The position numbers and the translations under genes are program-made. From contig JABLTG010000151.1 in the NCBI GenBank assembly GCA_016618085.1, positions 1-48,616 on the forward strand: a stretch of 48,616 nucleotides of DNA. Reading direction: 5' to 3'. This document shows, piece after piece, positions 10,195-26,620 of the stretch. Source of the DNA: Neovahlkampfia damariscottae (Eukaryota). The notes beneath the pieces are model-generated. The model was not told where the DNA came from. It searched no databases and saw nothing but the letters and a program-made list of their open reading frames with translations. Position 1 is the stretch's first letter. Every line of letters starts with the position of its first letter.

Positions 10195-12725
10195 ATGAAT
10201 AATACTGGTGTTAGAAAGAAATTAGACAAAATAAATGAAACAGTCTGTACACCGTGGGGTAAAAAAATTACAGGAACTCTTTTCAAAGGTTTACCTGATC
10301 CAAATTCCGAAACCAAAGAAGAAGAAGTAGAAAAAGAAACAAACATTCAAGAAAATTCAACAGAAGAAAATGGTGAAGTTGAAAAAAAACCAGAAGAAAA
10401 AAAGGTACAAGAAACAGGTGAAGAAGAAAAAAAAGAACAAAATACAGAAGAAGAAGAAAAAAAAGAAAGTGAAAAAACAGAAAAAGAAAAAAAAGAGGAA
10501 TCTGATTTAAAATATCACCCAAGAACTAACCCAAAAGCGTTTAAACCAGTTTTACGTGATATAGAATTTGAATTTGACTGGAAGAGTTTTGACGATTTAT
10601 TTAGTAGTTTAATTAATGAACAGGCTGACGAGGTGATTGATACAATTTTAGATTCTTTAATTAGCAAAGACTGTGCTATTTCTTTACTTTCTGCTCTCGG
10701 TCAACATTGTAGATCTCCAGAGTTTTGTAAGTTTTTTTTTTTTTTTTTTTGACCTTCTTTTTATAGCTGGAAAAGTACCTACGAAACATGAAATGATTAG
10801 ATCTTTTCTTCAACAAGGATTAAAGAAATATATTATAAAATACTCAGATGATCCAAGAGAATGGGGTTACTATAAAGACGGAGTACTTTGTGACGTTGTT
10901 GAGATTGACGTAACTGAAAATGAAGAAATCAACTGGATTTTTAGAGACGTCACTCAAAATATCGAAAATTGTACTGAACTTCAACAATATATCGTTGAAA
11001 ATTATTTTGTACCTGAATGGCAAGCAAAAGCAAAAGCTATCACATACACACCAATTATCTTCAAGGTAAAAAAAAAAAAAATTTATATCCTTCATTTTAG
11101 ATTGATTGGGCTTCTATTGATTATGCAGCACAAGATTTTTCAAAAGCTGTTTATACATTATATCATGATCGAAGTTCATATGTTTTAGAAGAAATCTATC
11201 AAGCTTTAGACTGGATTGCTTCTTATGAAGATGATGATTTAGTTGATGCTATATCAGGTGGTTTATCACAAATTACTATTGCTCTTCAACCTGGACAAGA
11301 TTCAACAAAAAAAGATTTTGATATAAATGACGCTGTCAAATGTTTAACGTTAAGACTTTGTCTTGAAGCTGATGAATTTGCAGGTGTATTTCGTCATAAA
11401 GATTTAATTCCAATTATTAAAGTTGCAGGTCTTTATAACAGCTCATATAGTAAACCTTACAAAATTGAGCTTTTAGCTGCTGCTGCTTCTGTTTACAAAG
11501 TACCACGTGGTGATTTATTATTATTTAAAACACTTTTATCACGTGAAAATTTTTGGTGGGAACCAAATGAAAAAGAAAATTCTGGTAAGTGTTTTTTTAA
11601 AAAAAAATTAAAAAAATGATAGGAATTGAACTTTGTAAAAAGAAAATTGATAAATATTATAAAGAAAAAATGACTGGATGGAATGATGATGATAGAATTG
11701 ATGACGAAGAAGAAGATGAAACCGAAGAAGAATTTGAAACAATGATTAAAGGATGGCATGTTATTAAAATCAACAAAAATAATTTACATCAAGAACGTAT
11801 TATTGTACTCACAAACAAAGCTTATTGGACTTTTAAATATGATTTTAAAAGTGATAAAGTTGATGATAAACATTATAAAAGACATGATTTATTAGATTTT
11901 TCAGTTTCTGATATTGGTGATTTAGATAAAATTACAGAAAGTTTATCAATTCCTGCTTTAAAAATTTATACTCACGAAAAGAGAAAAAAAACCATTTTTG
12001 GAGAAAAACCAAAAGAAGTACTTGCTATTGATGGAAATTCAAAAAAGAAAAGTGGTTCATTTTCAGCTCAACTTCGTAAATCTGTTTCAGTTAAAAGTGA
12101 AGGTGGTGAATTAGATTTAAAAAATTTCAAGTTGGAATTAATGAACACAGAAATTTCAAGAGTGAAAAAACCAAAACCAACAAGAGAAAGACCATCAACA
12201 GAAGGTGATTATTCAAGTGTTTTTATTCCATATGGTTCCGAATTAAGTCCACTTTCAATGAAAGATATTCTTCTTGAAATTTCTTGGTGTATTTATGCTG
12301 CTGCTGTTTCAAGACAAAGACACAGACTTCCAGAACCTTTTTTGAATCAATCACTTAAAAGACCAAAAGGTGGTATTTCTGCTTTCTTTTATAATAATTT
12401 GAAAATGGGTATTAATTCTGGAAAACAAGGTGGTGGAAAAGGAGATGATTCAGAATCAGAAAGAGAAAAATTAAAAAGAGAATCAGAAGATAGAAGAAAA
12501 ACTGAACAAAAAGAACCAGACTTAAAACTTTATAATGTTAATACTCCAACTGATCAAACTAATATTACAGTTAAACCACTTTTACAAAAACCAAAACCAC
12601 AATTGGATGCAAAATGTTCTCATGAAAAAAGAATTCATTTTAATCCACAATGTCAAATATTTTATCGTGAAAATGATCTAGTCATTGAAGGTAAAGAACC
12701 TTTAGAAGGTGAAGAAGAAGAATAG
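10195..12725 (+). CDS. Uncharacterised protein with a probable C-terminal hSac2/PH-like domain
   Basis: Introns at 10727-10766, 11066-11100 and 11585-11622 give one continuous frame. GWHVIKIN...QERIIVLTNKAYWTFKYDF resembles the hSac2/TPRG1 domain (recalled, not searched). Confidence 0.7.
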
Positions 12726-12893
12726 TATTTGTATTTAGGAATAAAAAAATTTGTTTTATTTTTTTTTTTTGTTTTTTCAAGATTAACCCCAAGAGGATAC
12801 TTTGGAGTTTCAGATTTGAATGAGAAATAATTTGCTTTTCAAAAGAGTTTATTTGTAAATCAAAATTTGTTATTATCCTTTGTTTTAATTTTT

Positions 12894-13426
12894 TTATTCT
12901 TTAATTTCTAAAATACCGTCTGTAATTTCTTGTTGAACGTCTCTTGGGTGTTTTCCATTGACAGTACATCCAACAGCACAACATGTACCAAGGATTTCTT
13001 TAACAGTTCCGGATAAATTTTTTGCACATGATCTATGTCTCATTTGTTTAGCAATTTCAATAACAGCTTTCATTTCAAGGTTTCCATTATGTTTAACGTT
13101 TTTTGTTTTTTTTCTGTCTCTTGCAGGTTCTTTAAGTGCTTTAACAACCAAAGCTCCAGCTGATGGAATAACTTCCGCTGTAGCTTGTCTGTTTTTAACT
13201 GTCAATTGAACAGTAACTCTAAGACCTTTCCAGTCTTTTGATGCTTTAGCGATATCATCACCAACTTTTTTTGGTGAAAGACCTAAAGGACCAACTTTTG
13301 GAGCGAGAGATGATGCTGCACCAGCTTCACCACCGACTGCTTTCATTTTAACTAAAATAATTATAAATATATTTATTATGCTTTCTTACTAACTGTAACT
13401 GCATTTGGGTCAAATTTTGGAGGCAT
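12894..13426 (-). CDS. RPL12: 60S ribosomal protein L12 (uL11)
   Basis: [12 protein letters not shown], intron 13352-13389, then [35 protein letters not shown]. Confidence 0.98.
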
Positions 13427-13653
13427 TGAGTTTGTGTGTTTACTGAAGAAAAAATTTACTCAACTTTAGACCAATCAAATTTTGTCTTTAAAAGATTTTC
13501 GATGAAAATTAACCAATAAAATTATTTCTTTTTTACTAAAATTGAATTATCAATTTAGAAATGAAAAAATTAAAAAATAATACAATTTATTTTTTTCGGT
13601 TTGTTTTTAATTTTCGTTTTTTTGTAGCTCCAATCATTTTCGTTTCATCTTCA

Positions 13654-16525
<2,872 letters not shown>

Positions 16526-16596
16526 ATGAAAAAGAAATTGATGGAATATTTTCTTCTTTCCTTTTTTTCAAAGGAACTAACAAAAAAAATAAATGT

Positions 16597-17261
16597 TTAT
16601 AATGTTTTAAAGTGATATCTTTTTGAATACAAATCATTAATGTCTTTTTTCATTGATGACAAAACTCTGAATGAAATCCAAACAAGAATATGGAAAATTG
16701 GTAATAAAGAAGGAAATAAAATTAACCTTGAATTGAAATAACCAATTTGTTTTCTCATTTCAAAACTTTGTTTTGCAAAAGGTAAAAATAAAACCATTTC
16801 AAAAATTGACAAAAATGAAATGAACCAAAATAGTTTAAAATGAAAAGCTGTTTGACTTTGAATTTCAAGTAATTGATCATGATCAAGATATTCATTTTCT
16901 TCAGCTTCATCTTCATTTTTTACTCTTGTTTTGGAGTATAAAATTCTGTAACACAAAAGAAAAAAACCAAGACTCGTTGCAAAGTGAACAAACTGAACTT
17001 GTGGGTGTGAAACATTCTCAGCAAAATCATCTGAGATATATCCTAAAAATAAAAATAATAAACCAAAAACACCAGATAAACAACAAAGAGCTGACTAATT
17101 AATGTTACAAATTTGTTTTTTTTTACTCTGAAGATTTTACTGTTAAAACGATAATTTTCTTCAAATGCTTCAATAATAGCTTCTTGTTCATCATCATCTA
17201 AGCGTGGTTCATCTATTAAATCCATTGGATTTTCTTTTCTTTTTGTCAGTGTCTCTTGCAT
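16597..17261 (-). CDS. Multi-pass membrane protein of unknown function
   Basis: One intron of about 32 nt (about 17095-17126) joins LDDDEQEAIIEAF to the ORF ending YHFKTL. It has about four hydrophobic segments. Confidence 0.7.
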
Positions 17262-17322
17262 TTTGATTTAAAATTTGTCTTTTTATTGGTGGAAGTAGAA
17301 AAAAAAAAAAAAGTTTAAAAAT

Positions 17323-18216
17323 TTATTCACTTTCGTCTTCCATATCATCTTCAAATTCCATATTTTCATAATATTCTTTTTTTTCTTTTTCATATTCTTG
17401 AATGAATGGTCTTTTTTCAGCATCTGAAAGTGCTCTCCATTTTTCACCAACAGCTTTAGCAACATCTGTAATTTTCATTTCTGGATTTGCTTCAACAATT
17501 TCAGGTCTAACTTGTTTAAAAAATCTCATATAAGAAGAAATAATTTTGTGTGGTTTGTTTGCTTGTTTTGTTGAATCATATTTTTTTTTTTCTTCTTTAT
17601 AACGAATTTGATCTTGTTCAGCTAATACTTTATAAAGTTCTGAATCTTCTTCTGAAAGAGAATCAAATCTTTTTTTTGCTTCTTTTAACACATCTGTGAC
17701 TTTCATATTTTCATCCGTTTTGATATCAGCTGCAATAGATTTGAAGTTTTTTGAGTAAAACCAAACAAATGCAGATTTTGCTCTTCTTGGTAAATCTGTA
17801 TTTTTTTTTCTTTTTTTTTTTTCTTGAAGTTTTGTTTTCATTTGTTGAAAAGATTCTTTTTCCTTCTTTTTAAGATTTGAAATCCATTCTCTTTCTTTTT
17901 GTTTTTTTAATTTTTCTAAGACTTTTTGTTTTTCTTCTTTTTGAAGTTTTCTAAGTTTAGCAGCTGATTCTCTTTTGATATTTTTGACTTTTTGTTCATT
18001 TTCTAATTTAATAGCTTTTTTAGCTTTTCTTTCTTGTTCAACAAGTTTTTTCTTTTTTAATTTTTCTTCAATTTTATCTTTCAAAGCTCTGTCACGATTT
18101 TCTTTGATGATTTGTAAACGAATTTGACTAGAATCAATTGTAGAATATGATCTGATTGCTTGAACTTTATTTAATTCATAACAATTGGAAATTAATTTTG
18201 AAGTTCTTTTCAACAT
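17323..18216 (-). CDS. Tandem HMG-box protein, TFAM/Abf2-like, probably mitochondrial
   Basis: Basic, hydroxylated N-terminus with an IRSYST cleavage-like motif, a coiled coil and two HMG boxes (LPRRAKSAFVWF; KPHKIISSYMRFF...VGEKWRALSDAEK). Confidence 0.8.
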   Translation of the reverse strand: MLKRTSKLISNCYELNKVQAIRSYSTIDSSQIRLQIIKENRDRALKDKIEEKLKKKKLVEQERKAKKAIKLENEQKVKNIKRESAAKLRKLQKEEKQKVLEKLKKQKEREWISNLKKKEKESFQQMKTKLQEKKKRKKNTDLPRRAKSAFVWFYSKNFKSIAADIKTDENMKVTDVLKEAKKRFDSLSEEDSELYKVLAEQDQIRYKEEKKKYDSTKQANKPHKIISSYMRFFKQVRPEIVEANPEMKITDVAKAVGEKWRALSDAEKRPFIQEYEKEKKEYYENMEFEDDMEDESE

Positions 18217-18401
18217 GATTTGTCGTTAATTTTCTTGAAGAGAATGGATAATCAAATGATTGGTCAAAACAATGTAGATTTTTACAATTTTCAATTTCCT
18301 TTGAATTTTTCAATTTAATATTAAAAAATTAATATTTCTTTCTTGTTAAATTCTGAGTTTGAGTTTGCAATTGATTGGTTAAAATAATTCACTTTGGAAA
18401 C

Positions 18402-21400
18402 ATGTCTGTAGAAGAGATTGTAGAAGAAGAAATTAAAAATTTTGATGTTATCTCAAATGATAAAATCAATTTTGAAATACTTTACCGTAAATTCTCAAAA
18501 GGTTCACCAACAGTTATCAAAAAAACCATCAAACAAGATTTATTTCCTTTTTTTGAAAAAAGTAAAAAGAAAATTTCAACTAAAACATAAAAAAGACAAA
18601 GTAGATAAAAAAACAATAGCAAATATATTGAAAATCATCTTTCTTTCAGTTTCAACTTTTTCACAAAAAGAAACACAAAGTGAAATCTCTCAACTTTTAA
18701 AAATGCTTGCCAAAAAAGAAGAAGAAAAATTTCAAGTTTTAAATTTGTTTTTAAATTCATTTAAAAAAACAAAAATACAAGATTTTTCAACTTCTTCAAG
18801 AATTGCTTTGATTACATTTTTTTCAGCACTTTCTGTTAAATTAACTCAAGATTTGTTAAAAGAAGTTTATGGAAATTTGATTTCAATAATGTTAGTCTCT
18901 TTTCAAAGAGATTATAAATTTAATATGAATTCATTTATTCACTCAAAAATTTCAAGAAAAGTTCAAAATGTTTATGTTGAAAACAAAGTAAAAAAAAAAA
19001 AAAAATTGAAAAATTACAACAGGAAAATTTTGAAGTCATCATTAATTCATTATCAAATTTAGTTACTGATGCAAAGTACATGCAATTTGTATTGTCATCT
19101 TCTACTTTTCTTGAAGTCTTAAAAAAGAAAAGATTTGAACAAGATTTCAACAAAAACAAACCAACTTTTTTGAAATTATTTTCAACAACAATTTTTAAAC
19201 AAATTGAAGTTTCAGATTCAACTTATTGGAATTCATTTTCATTTTTAGTTGAAAATTTAAAAGATGATGAAATTAAAGAAATTTCTGATGTCTTAGCCAA
19301 TGGAATGAGAAGATCATCAGAAACCATTATTCCAACTTGTTTATGGTTTATTAAGTCATTAAAGAACTATTCAAAACATTTAGAAGTTTTAATTTCACCA
19401 ATTTCTGAACAATTAATTTCAAAAAATGAAAAACAATCAAAATTCGCTTCGGAGTTTTGTTTAGTTGTTTCAATGAAAGCTAAATCAAAAGATGTTTTGA
19501 CTCAATTGATTAAAGAAAACTTTAGATTACTTAAAGGAAGTGGATTAGGAGTTTCTGAAAAAATTTGTTGTTTGACTTCAATTAAGAATCTTGCTGATAC
19601 ACCAGTGGATATTTCAGATTTAAATTCAATATCAGAAATGTTTATTTTTCCAACTTTGAAACAATTAATTCAACAAAAATCAAATCCTGATGCTCTTAGA
19701 AACTTTTCATTAGAAACATTGGCTTCATGGATCAATAAATCACAAACTATTCCAGGATTTATTGAATTAGATTTTTCATCAATTTTTGATGGTGAAAAAT
19801 TGAATACAGTTCTTATTCAAGGATTAACATCATTTTTGGGTGATTTATTTTCCATGAAACCGGTAAGAAATTTTTTAAATTATTGATTTTTTCAGGTAAA
19901 CAAATTGATGAACAAATTAACATCAATCATCAACTTGTCAGAAAAAAAAATTGGAGACCGTGGAAATGGAATCTTAGCAGAAAGGGCATTATTAAAATAT
20001 GGTCTTGAATTCCCAGATTCAAGTAATATTTGTCACAATTAACTCTCATTCCTTTAGAAAAAGATGTTGAAAAAGTTTTTTCAAAATCAATGATTGGTCC
20101 GAATTCATTTTTAATTACACCAGATATGATTTCAAAATATGAAAATTCTGCTTTATTAGCCATGCCAGAATTGTATCAATCTTTCTTTGCTGGCTATTTG
20201 GATTTATTAAACACTGAAAAAGATACTTCAATTCTTATTTCATTATTCCATATTCTTTGTAACAATGATTACACTGTTAGAAAAAAAATGAAAGAAGTGG
20301 TTCAAAGTTTATTAAAAGCAGATGATAAATTGTATCAAGTTTTATGTCAAGGAGCATTCTACTTTTTGGAATCATTAGAAGTAACAACAAAATTAAAATT
20401 AATTTAATCATATAGGAAAATCATCAATTAGACAAGAAATTAATTGCACAAGCTCTTTTACTCGTATTTCCATCACCATCAGTTGATTTTTCATTATTCA
20501 AAAAAATTTTATTCTACTCACATTTTCCAACTGCAGGTTCGGAGATTTTCAATTTTTTAATTTTTTTTTTCAAGTTGATTCATCAGATTTTACTTCAATT
20601 TGGACATCATATGTTTTAAAACACAAAGATATTGATGTTTCATCTCTTTTGAAAAATGTTAAAGATTGTTATGAAACTCTTATTCAATTCAAAAGTGTAA
20701 ATTGATTTATTCCTTGACTTTTTGTTAATTAGGTTAACGTTCAATGTGTTGGTTACAGTTTATCATCTGTAATATCTTGCGTTGGAAATGAAGCATCTAA
20801 CTATATTCTTCAAACAATTCATTCAAAATTATTCGCTTCTAAACAACAATTAGATAAATATACAATTGTTGATATTGATGTTTATTTCACACCAAAAGAT
20901 AAAGTTTATAGAGATGGTATTTCAATTCTTCAAAATTTCTAAAACTCAAAAAATAGTTGAAAATGAAGTGTACAATCCATTAGCTTCACAAGATCATTTT
21001 GGAGATTCAAGAGATGATCCAAATATGAAATATGATTTGACAGATGAAGAATGGCAAGATGTATTCTCACAAGAACAAATTTTAAAAAAGAAAAAAAATC
21101 CAATGGACAGTCAACAAATGAGAGTTCAACTTTTAACTGAAAAATTTTTGAAAAAAGAAAATATCATCAGAGAAGAACTTGCTATTATCTATGACAATAT
21201 CTCATTTGAATTAAATGTAAACCAATCATTTTATCTTCTTACATTATTGTTTAGAATGTTGCTTCAATTTGTCAAAATTCAAAAGGATTTCAATACTTGA
21301 GAAATTCAATCTCATACGTTTCTGTTATTGTTGCTGAATTTTTAGCTTCAAAACTTGTTTGTAATGATGCTTTCAAAGCATTTAAAGCTTTATCTGCTGT

Positions 21401-24400
21401 TTGTTTGCCATACAAATCAATTTCAAAATTAATTGCTGAAGTTACATTCAGATTATTTGCAGGTGATTATGATGAATCCAGAATCAAAGATGAAGTAAAA
21501 ATAAAAAATAATCTAACAATAATAAAAGGATGATGATGTATCATTTGGTGAACATGTCATCACTAAAATGCGTTTAACTGCAAAAGGAATTGTGGATGCA
21601 GAAACATTCAGTACAATACTTCCTTTGATTGTGAAAATTTTGATGAGAGATGATTTAGATTTTTCATTGGCTTGCAGAACTATTTCAATGAATATTTTAT
21701 CTTCACATGCTGGATTAGGTACTATTAGACCAAATTATGTTCGTCCTTCAATTACAGAAACATTAGTTGCTGCTATGGAACATTATCCTTCAATGTACAA
21801 ACAAATTCATCAAGCTTTGATTGCATCAGGTCAATTTTTAAAACCTGTTGATTTAAATCCATTACTTGATGGTTTACTTCATACAAGTGCTAATATTAGA
21901 TTCACTTGTTTAACAACTTTGAATGAATACATTCCATTGATGAAATCAAAACCAAAAATTTCATTGGATGCATTCAAACCTGAAAATGAAAAATTAAATT
22001 CATATTTATGGATCACTTTAAATGATCCTATTGATAAGAATTCAGAATTTGCAAAAGTCATCTGGGATAGATCAAATCAACAATTAGAAAATAACTTTAT
22101 GAAATATTATCTTCCACTTTTGAATACATCAGAATCAGTAGTCAGAAAAATGATTTCTTTATCAATTTCAAAAGGTTTAGAATCCTTCAAAGATCTTGTT
22201 ACTCCAAATTTGAAAAATTTCTATCAACTCTTTGAAGATTCAGTTTGATTGTTTTTAGTTTTAATTTTTTCAATAGAAAGTTGAAGCTGGATTGAAATCT
22301 TATGAACCTTATGAAAAAGAAAATAATATCAGAATGTCAATTGCAACAACATTAGGTGATTTGTCAAATAGTTTTGCGGAAGATGATTTCATTCCATTTT
22401 TTGAATTTGTTGTGAAAACTGGATTATATGATCCAATTGAATCAATTAAAGAAGAAATTCAAAATTCAGCATTGAAATTAATTTCAAATCAAGGAAAGAA
22501 ATATACAGATCTTATTTATAAATTTTGTCGTAAAAGAATTTTGATATTTTAATTTTTTTAGAAAATTTCCTCAGCACAAACAAACCAAAAAGTAATGCAG
22601 AAGATGATTTTGTTTTCAGTAGTTGTGTCATTTTATTAGGCTCAGTTTCAACAAATTTTGAATCTGGAGATGAAAAACTTGAAAATGTGATTGAAAGATT
22701 ATTGAAATGCCTTTCTGTTCCTTCAAGTTCAGTTCAAAGATCAGTATCTAATGTCTTGACACCTTTAGCATCAAAATCTGAAAGAAAAGAAGAAATCATT
22801 GCTGACTTTTTAGTTAACATCACAAAAGGTGATTATGGTGATAAAAGAGGTTCTTGTTATGGACTTGCTGGATTTTTACGTGGATTGGGAATTAACTCAC
22901 TCAAGAAATATCATATCATGGAAAGATTAGATGATTATGCAAGTTCAGATGATGACAATGAAAGAGAAAGTTCAATGATTGCTTATGAACTTTTGGCAAA
23001 CAAATTTGGAATGTTATTTGAACCATACTTATTATACATCATTCCAAATATTCTTTTAGGATTTGGTGATTTCAATGAAGATGTTCGTTTAGCTGCAAAT
23101 GATACATCTAATTTATTCATGACTAAAATTTCTGAACATGGTGTCAGAATTATTTTACCTGGAATTTTAGATGGTCTTAATGATGATTCTTGGAGAACTA
23201 AAAAAGGATGTGTTCAATTATTGGGAAGTATGGCTTATATGGCTCCAAGACAATTATCAAATTGTCTTCCAGTTGTTGTTGAATCTTTGGGTAAAGCTCT
23301 CACTGATACACATACAGAAGTTGCAGTACAAGCTAAAACAAGTTTATCTAGAATTGGTGGTGTTGTTGGAAATCCAGAAATTGCACAACAAGTTCCACAA
23401 TTATTACAAGCTATTAATAACCCAGATACAACTGAATCTGCTTTAGACAATTTAATCTACACAAGATTTATTCATTCTATTGATCCTGCATCCATGTCAC
23501 TTCTTATTCCAGTTATTGTTCGTGGTTTAAAAGATAGAATTGTTGAATGCAAAAAGAAATCAGCTATTATTGTTGCAAATATGTCTTCACTTGTTGATGA
23601 TGAATCAGTTTTGGCACCTTATATCAATATTCTTATTCCATTACTTCAAACAATTTTGATTGATCCAAATCCAGATGTTCGTGCTGCTGGAGCTAAAGCT
23701 ATTGGTGTTCTTGCTACAAGTATCAGAACAAACACAGAAGCAGTTCTTCCTTGGTTATTATCAAATGTTCAAAAAGCTACATCAAGCGCAGAAAGAGCAG
23801 GAGCTGCTCAAGCACTTGCTGAATACATGAATGCTCAAAAAACAAATGAATTATTCGAAAAATTACTTCCAGAATTCTTAGATAGTTTGACAGATGATTC
23901 AATGGGAGTTAGACACGGAACATTTCAATTATTTGTTTATCTTCCAGCTCTTTTGAAAGATAGATTCGCTCCATATCTTGCTACATGTGTACCAAAGATT
24001 TTAGAAGGTATTTCAGATGAAGAAGATTTAGTACGTGAAGTTGCTATTCAAGCATGCAAAATTATTGTTAATCTTTATTCAATTTCATCTGTTAACTTAA
24101 TTCTTCCATCACTTTTAGAAGGAATTCAAGATGATCATTGGAGAACAAGACAATGTTCAATTGTTATTCTTGGAGATTTTATTGACAGAATTGCTGATAG
24201 TATTGATGATAAAAAACACAAAGATGTTGCTGATATTACTTTAATTGATATTGATGCAGCAAGAAAAGTTTTAGGTGATGAAACAATTGATGACATTCTT
24301 TCACAAGTGTTTCTTTTACAATTTGATATCAACACAAATGTTAAAAGTGAAGCAATTACTCTTTGGAAATCTGTAATATCAAATACTGCAAGAGCATTAA

Positions 24401-26601
24401 GGGATATCATGAAACCATTGATTTCACTCATCATTGAATTTTTGTCATATGATGCAGACGAACACAAAGAAATGGCTGCAAAATCATTGGGTGATTTAGT
24501 CAAAAGACTTGGTCACAGAGTTATTGGAGAAGTTATTCCTCTATTAGAAGAAGGATTGAAATCAGATGACGTTGATACAAGACAAGGTTCATGTATTGGT
24601 TTAACTGAATTAATGGACGCTTCACCAAAACATATTGGTTCATTTAAAGAATTAATCATTCCTGCTGTAACTCAAGCATTATGTGATGAAGATGAATCCG
24701 TTCAAGAAGTTGCTTCTGCTACTTTTGATGAATTATGTAAATGTCTTGGAACATCTGTCATTGAAGTCATCACAGAAAATATTCTTCAATCTTGCTTGAA
24801 AGGAGATGATAATTCACTCAATGGACTTAAACAAATTGTTAAAGTCAGAGCAAAGAATGTTCTTCAAAATTTGATTCCAATTTTATCAGTAAAACCACTT
24901 CCAGAAGTAAATGCAAAAGCATTATCTGCAATTGCTGGTGTTAGTGGTAGTTATTTGACAATTTATTTGGATGATCTTTTAGACTTTTTATTTGAAGAAT
25001 ATTCTGCAAATCCAATTGAAGCAATTCAAGATGCTCTTGAATCAACATCACTTTCTGTTTCAGAAGAATCATTACCAATTTATTGTGAAACTTTATCAAA
25101 AGTTTTGAAATCAAATAATTCAGTAGTGAGGGAAACAGTTGGATTAATTGCAAAGAACTTTTTCACAAATACTTCAATTACACTTTCAGAAGAAGTTCCA
25201 ACAATTTTGGAATCATTACTTGCTGCATATATTGATCCAGAACCAAAAGTTGTTAAATCTTCAGTTGATGCAATAAACACTTTAATAACATCTTTAGAAA
25301 AAGAAGATTTACCAAATCACATTATCAAAGCAAGAGAAGTAGTTAAGGATATTTCAGAAGATGAAAAAGGAAAGAAAACATTAGATACAATTCCAGGATT
25401 TAATATTCCAAACGGAATTCAAGGGTTAACGACAATGTACCTTGAAGGATTATTACATGCAAAGAATAATGATATCCGTGAACAAGCTGCATTAGCATTA
25501 GGTGAAATGATTGAATTAACAGGAAATGAATTATTCAACAAAATGGTTATTAAAATTACAGGACCATTAATTCGTATTGTTGGTGACAGAAATCCATGGC
25601 AAGTTAAAGCAGCTATTCTTTCAACTTTGAACATTGTTTTAGAAAAAGGAGGAATCAAATTGAAACCATTCATTCCACAATTACAAACTATTTTTATCAA
25701 ATCATTACAAGATCAAACTAAATTGATTAGAAACTATGCTGCTGAATCTTTTGGAAAATTAGTTCAAATTGGAGCAAAAGTAGATAATTTAGTGAATGAA
25801 TTGCACTCAAATTTGAAAACATTCAGCAAAACAATTGATACAGTCAATATTGGAATTTTAAAATCAGTGTTATTTGCATTAGAATTGATTATCAAATTAG
25901 TTGGCAACAAAATTAAAAAATCTATATTGGAATCATTAATGGAAACATTACAGTCAATTATGCATCTTGATGAAGATATTACATCTAATTGTTCTGCTAC
26001 CATTGGTGTTTGTGTTATTCATATTGAAAATTCAAAAGATTTTATTGCAAACTTATTAAGTTTAAAAAACAATGAAAACTTAAACACAAGAATTTCAATT
26101 TTAACATCTCTTTTAAAAAACAATAATTCAACAACAACACTTCCAGAAGGCGTAGTTCCATTTATTGCTTTACATTTAAAACATGTTGATGACTCAGTCA
26201 GAAAATTTGCAATCAAAGCAGCAGTTCAATATTTCACAATTGACTTATCAAAAGATTTGGTTTCGACATTTGTTCAAGTTATGACAGAAGAAAAAGTTGG
26301 TGAAAATAGATTTGAATGCTTAAGATTGATCAAATGGTTCTCAAAGAAGAATGAATTAGATGTCAACTTATTAGCATTTGCACCAGCTGTCTTAAAATTG
26401 GTTAAAGACAAAAACTCATCAGTTAAAGGAATGGCTTATAGAACTATTCTTGCACTTTTGAACATCAGAGTCAGTGATTTCTTATTGAAACAATATCTAA
26501 CTCAAGTTGAAGATGAAGAAGAACAAAGATCAATTGAAGATTTGGTTTATAAAATCTTGGAAAAAACAGAAGAATCTGATGATGAAGAAAATGAATTATA
26601 A
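18402..26601 (+). CDS. GCN1: GCN1 HEAT-repeat activator of GCN2
   Basis: Twelve short GT-AG introns between 18562 and about 22561 give a continuous frame. Motifs include FEPY, WRTKKGCVQLLGSMAYMAPRQLS, IDPASMSLLIP and KITGPLIRIVGDR. Confidence 0.95.
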
Positions 26602-26620
26602 TTAAAACTTTAATAGATTT

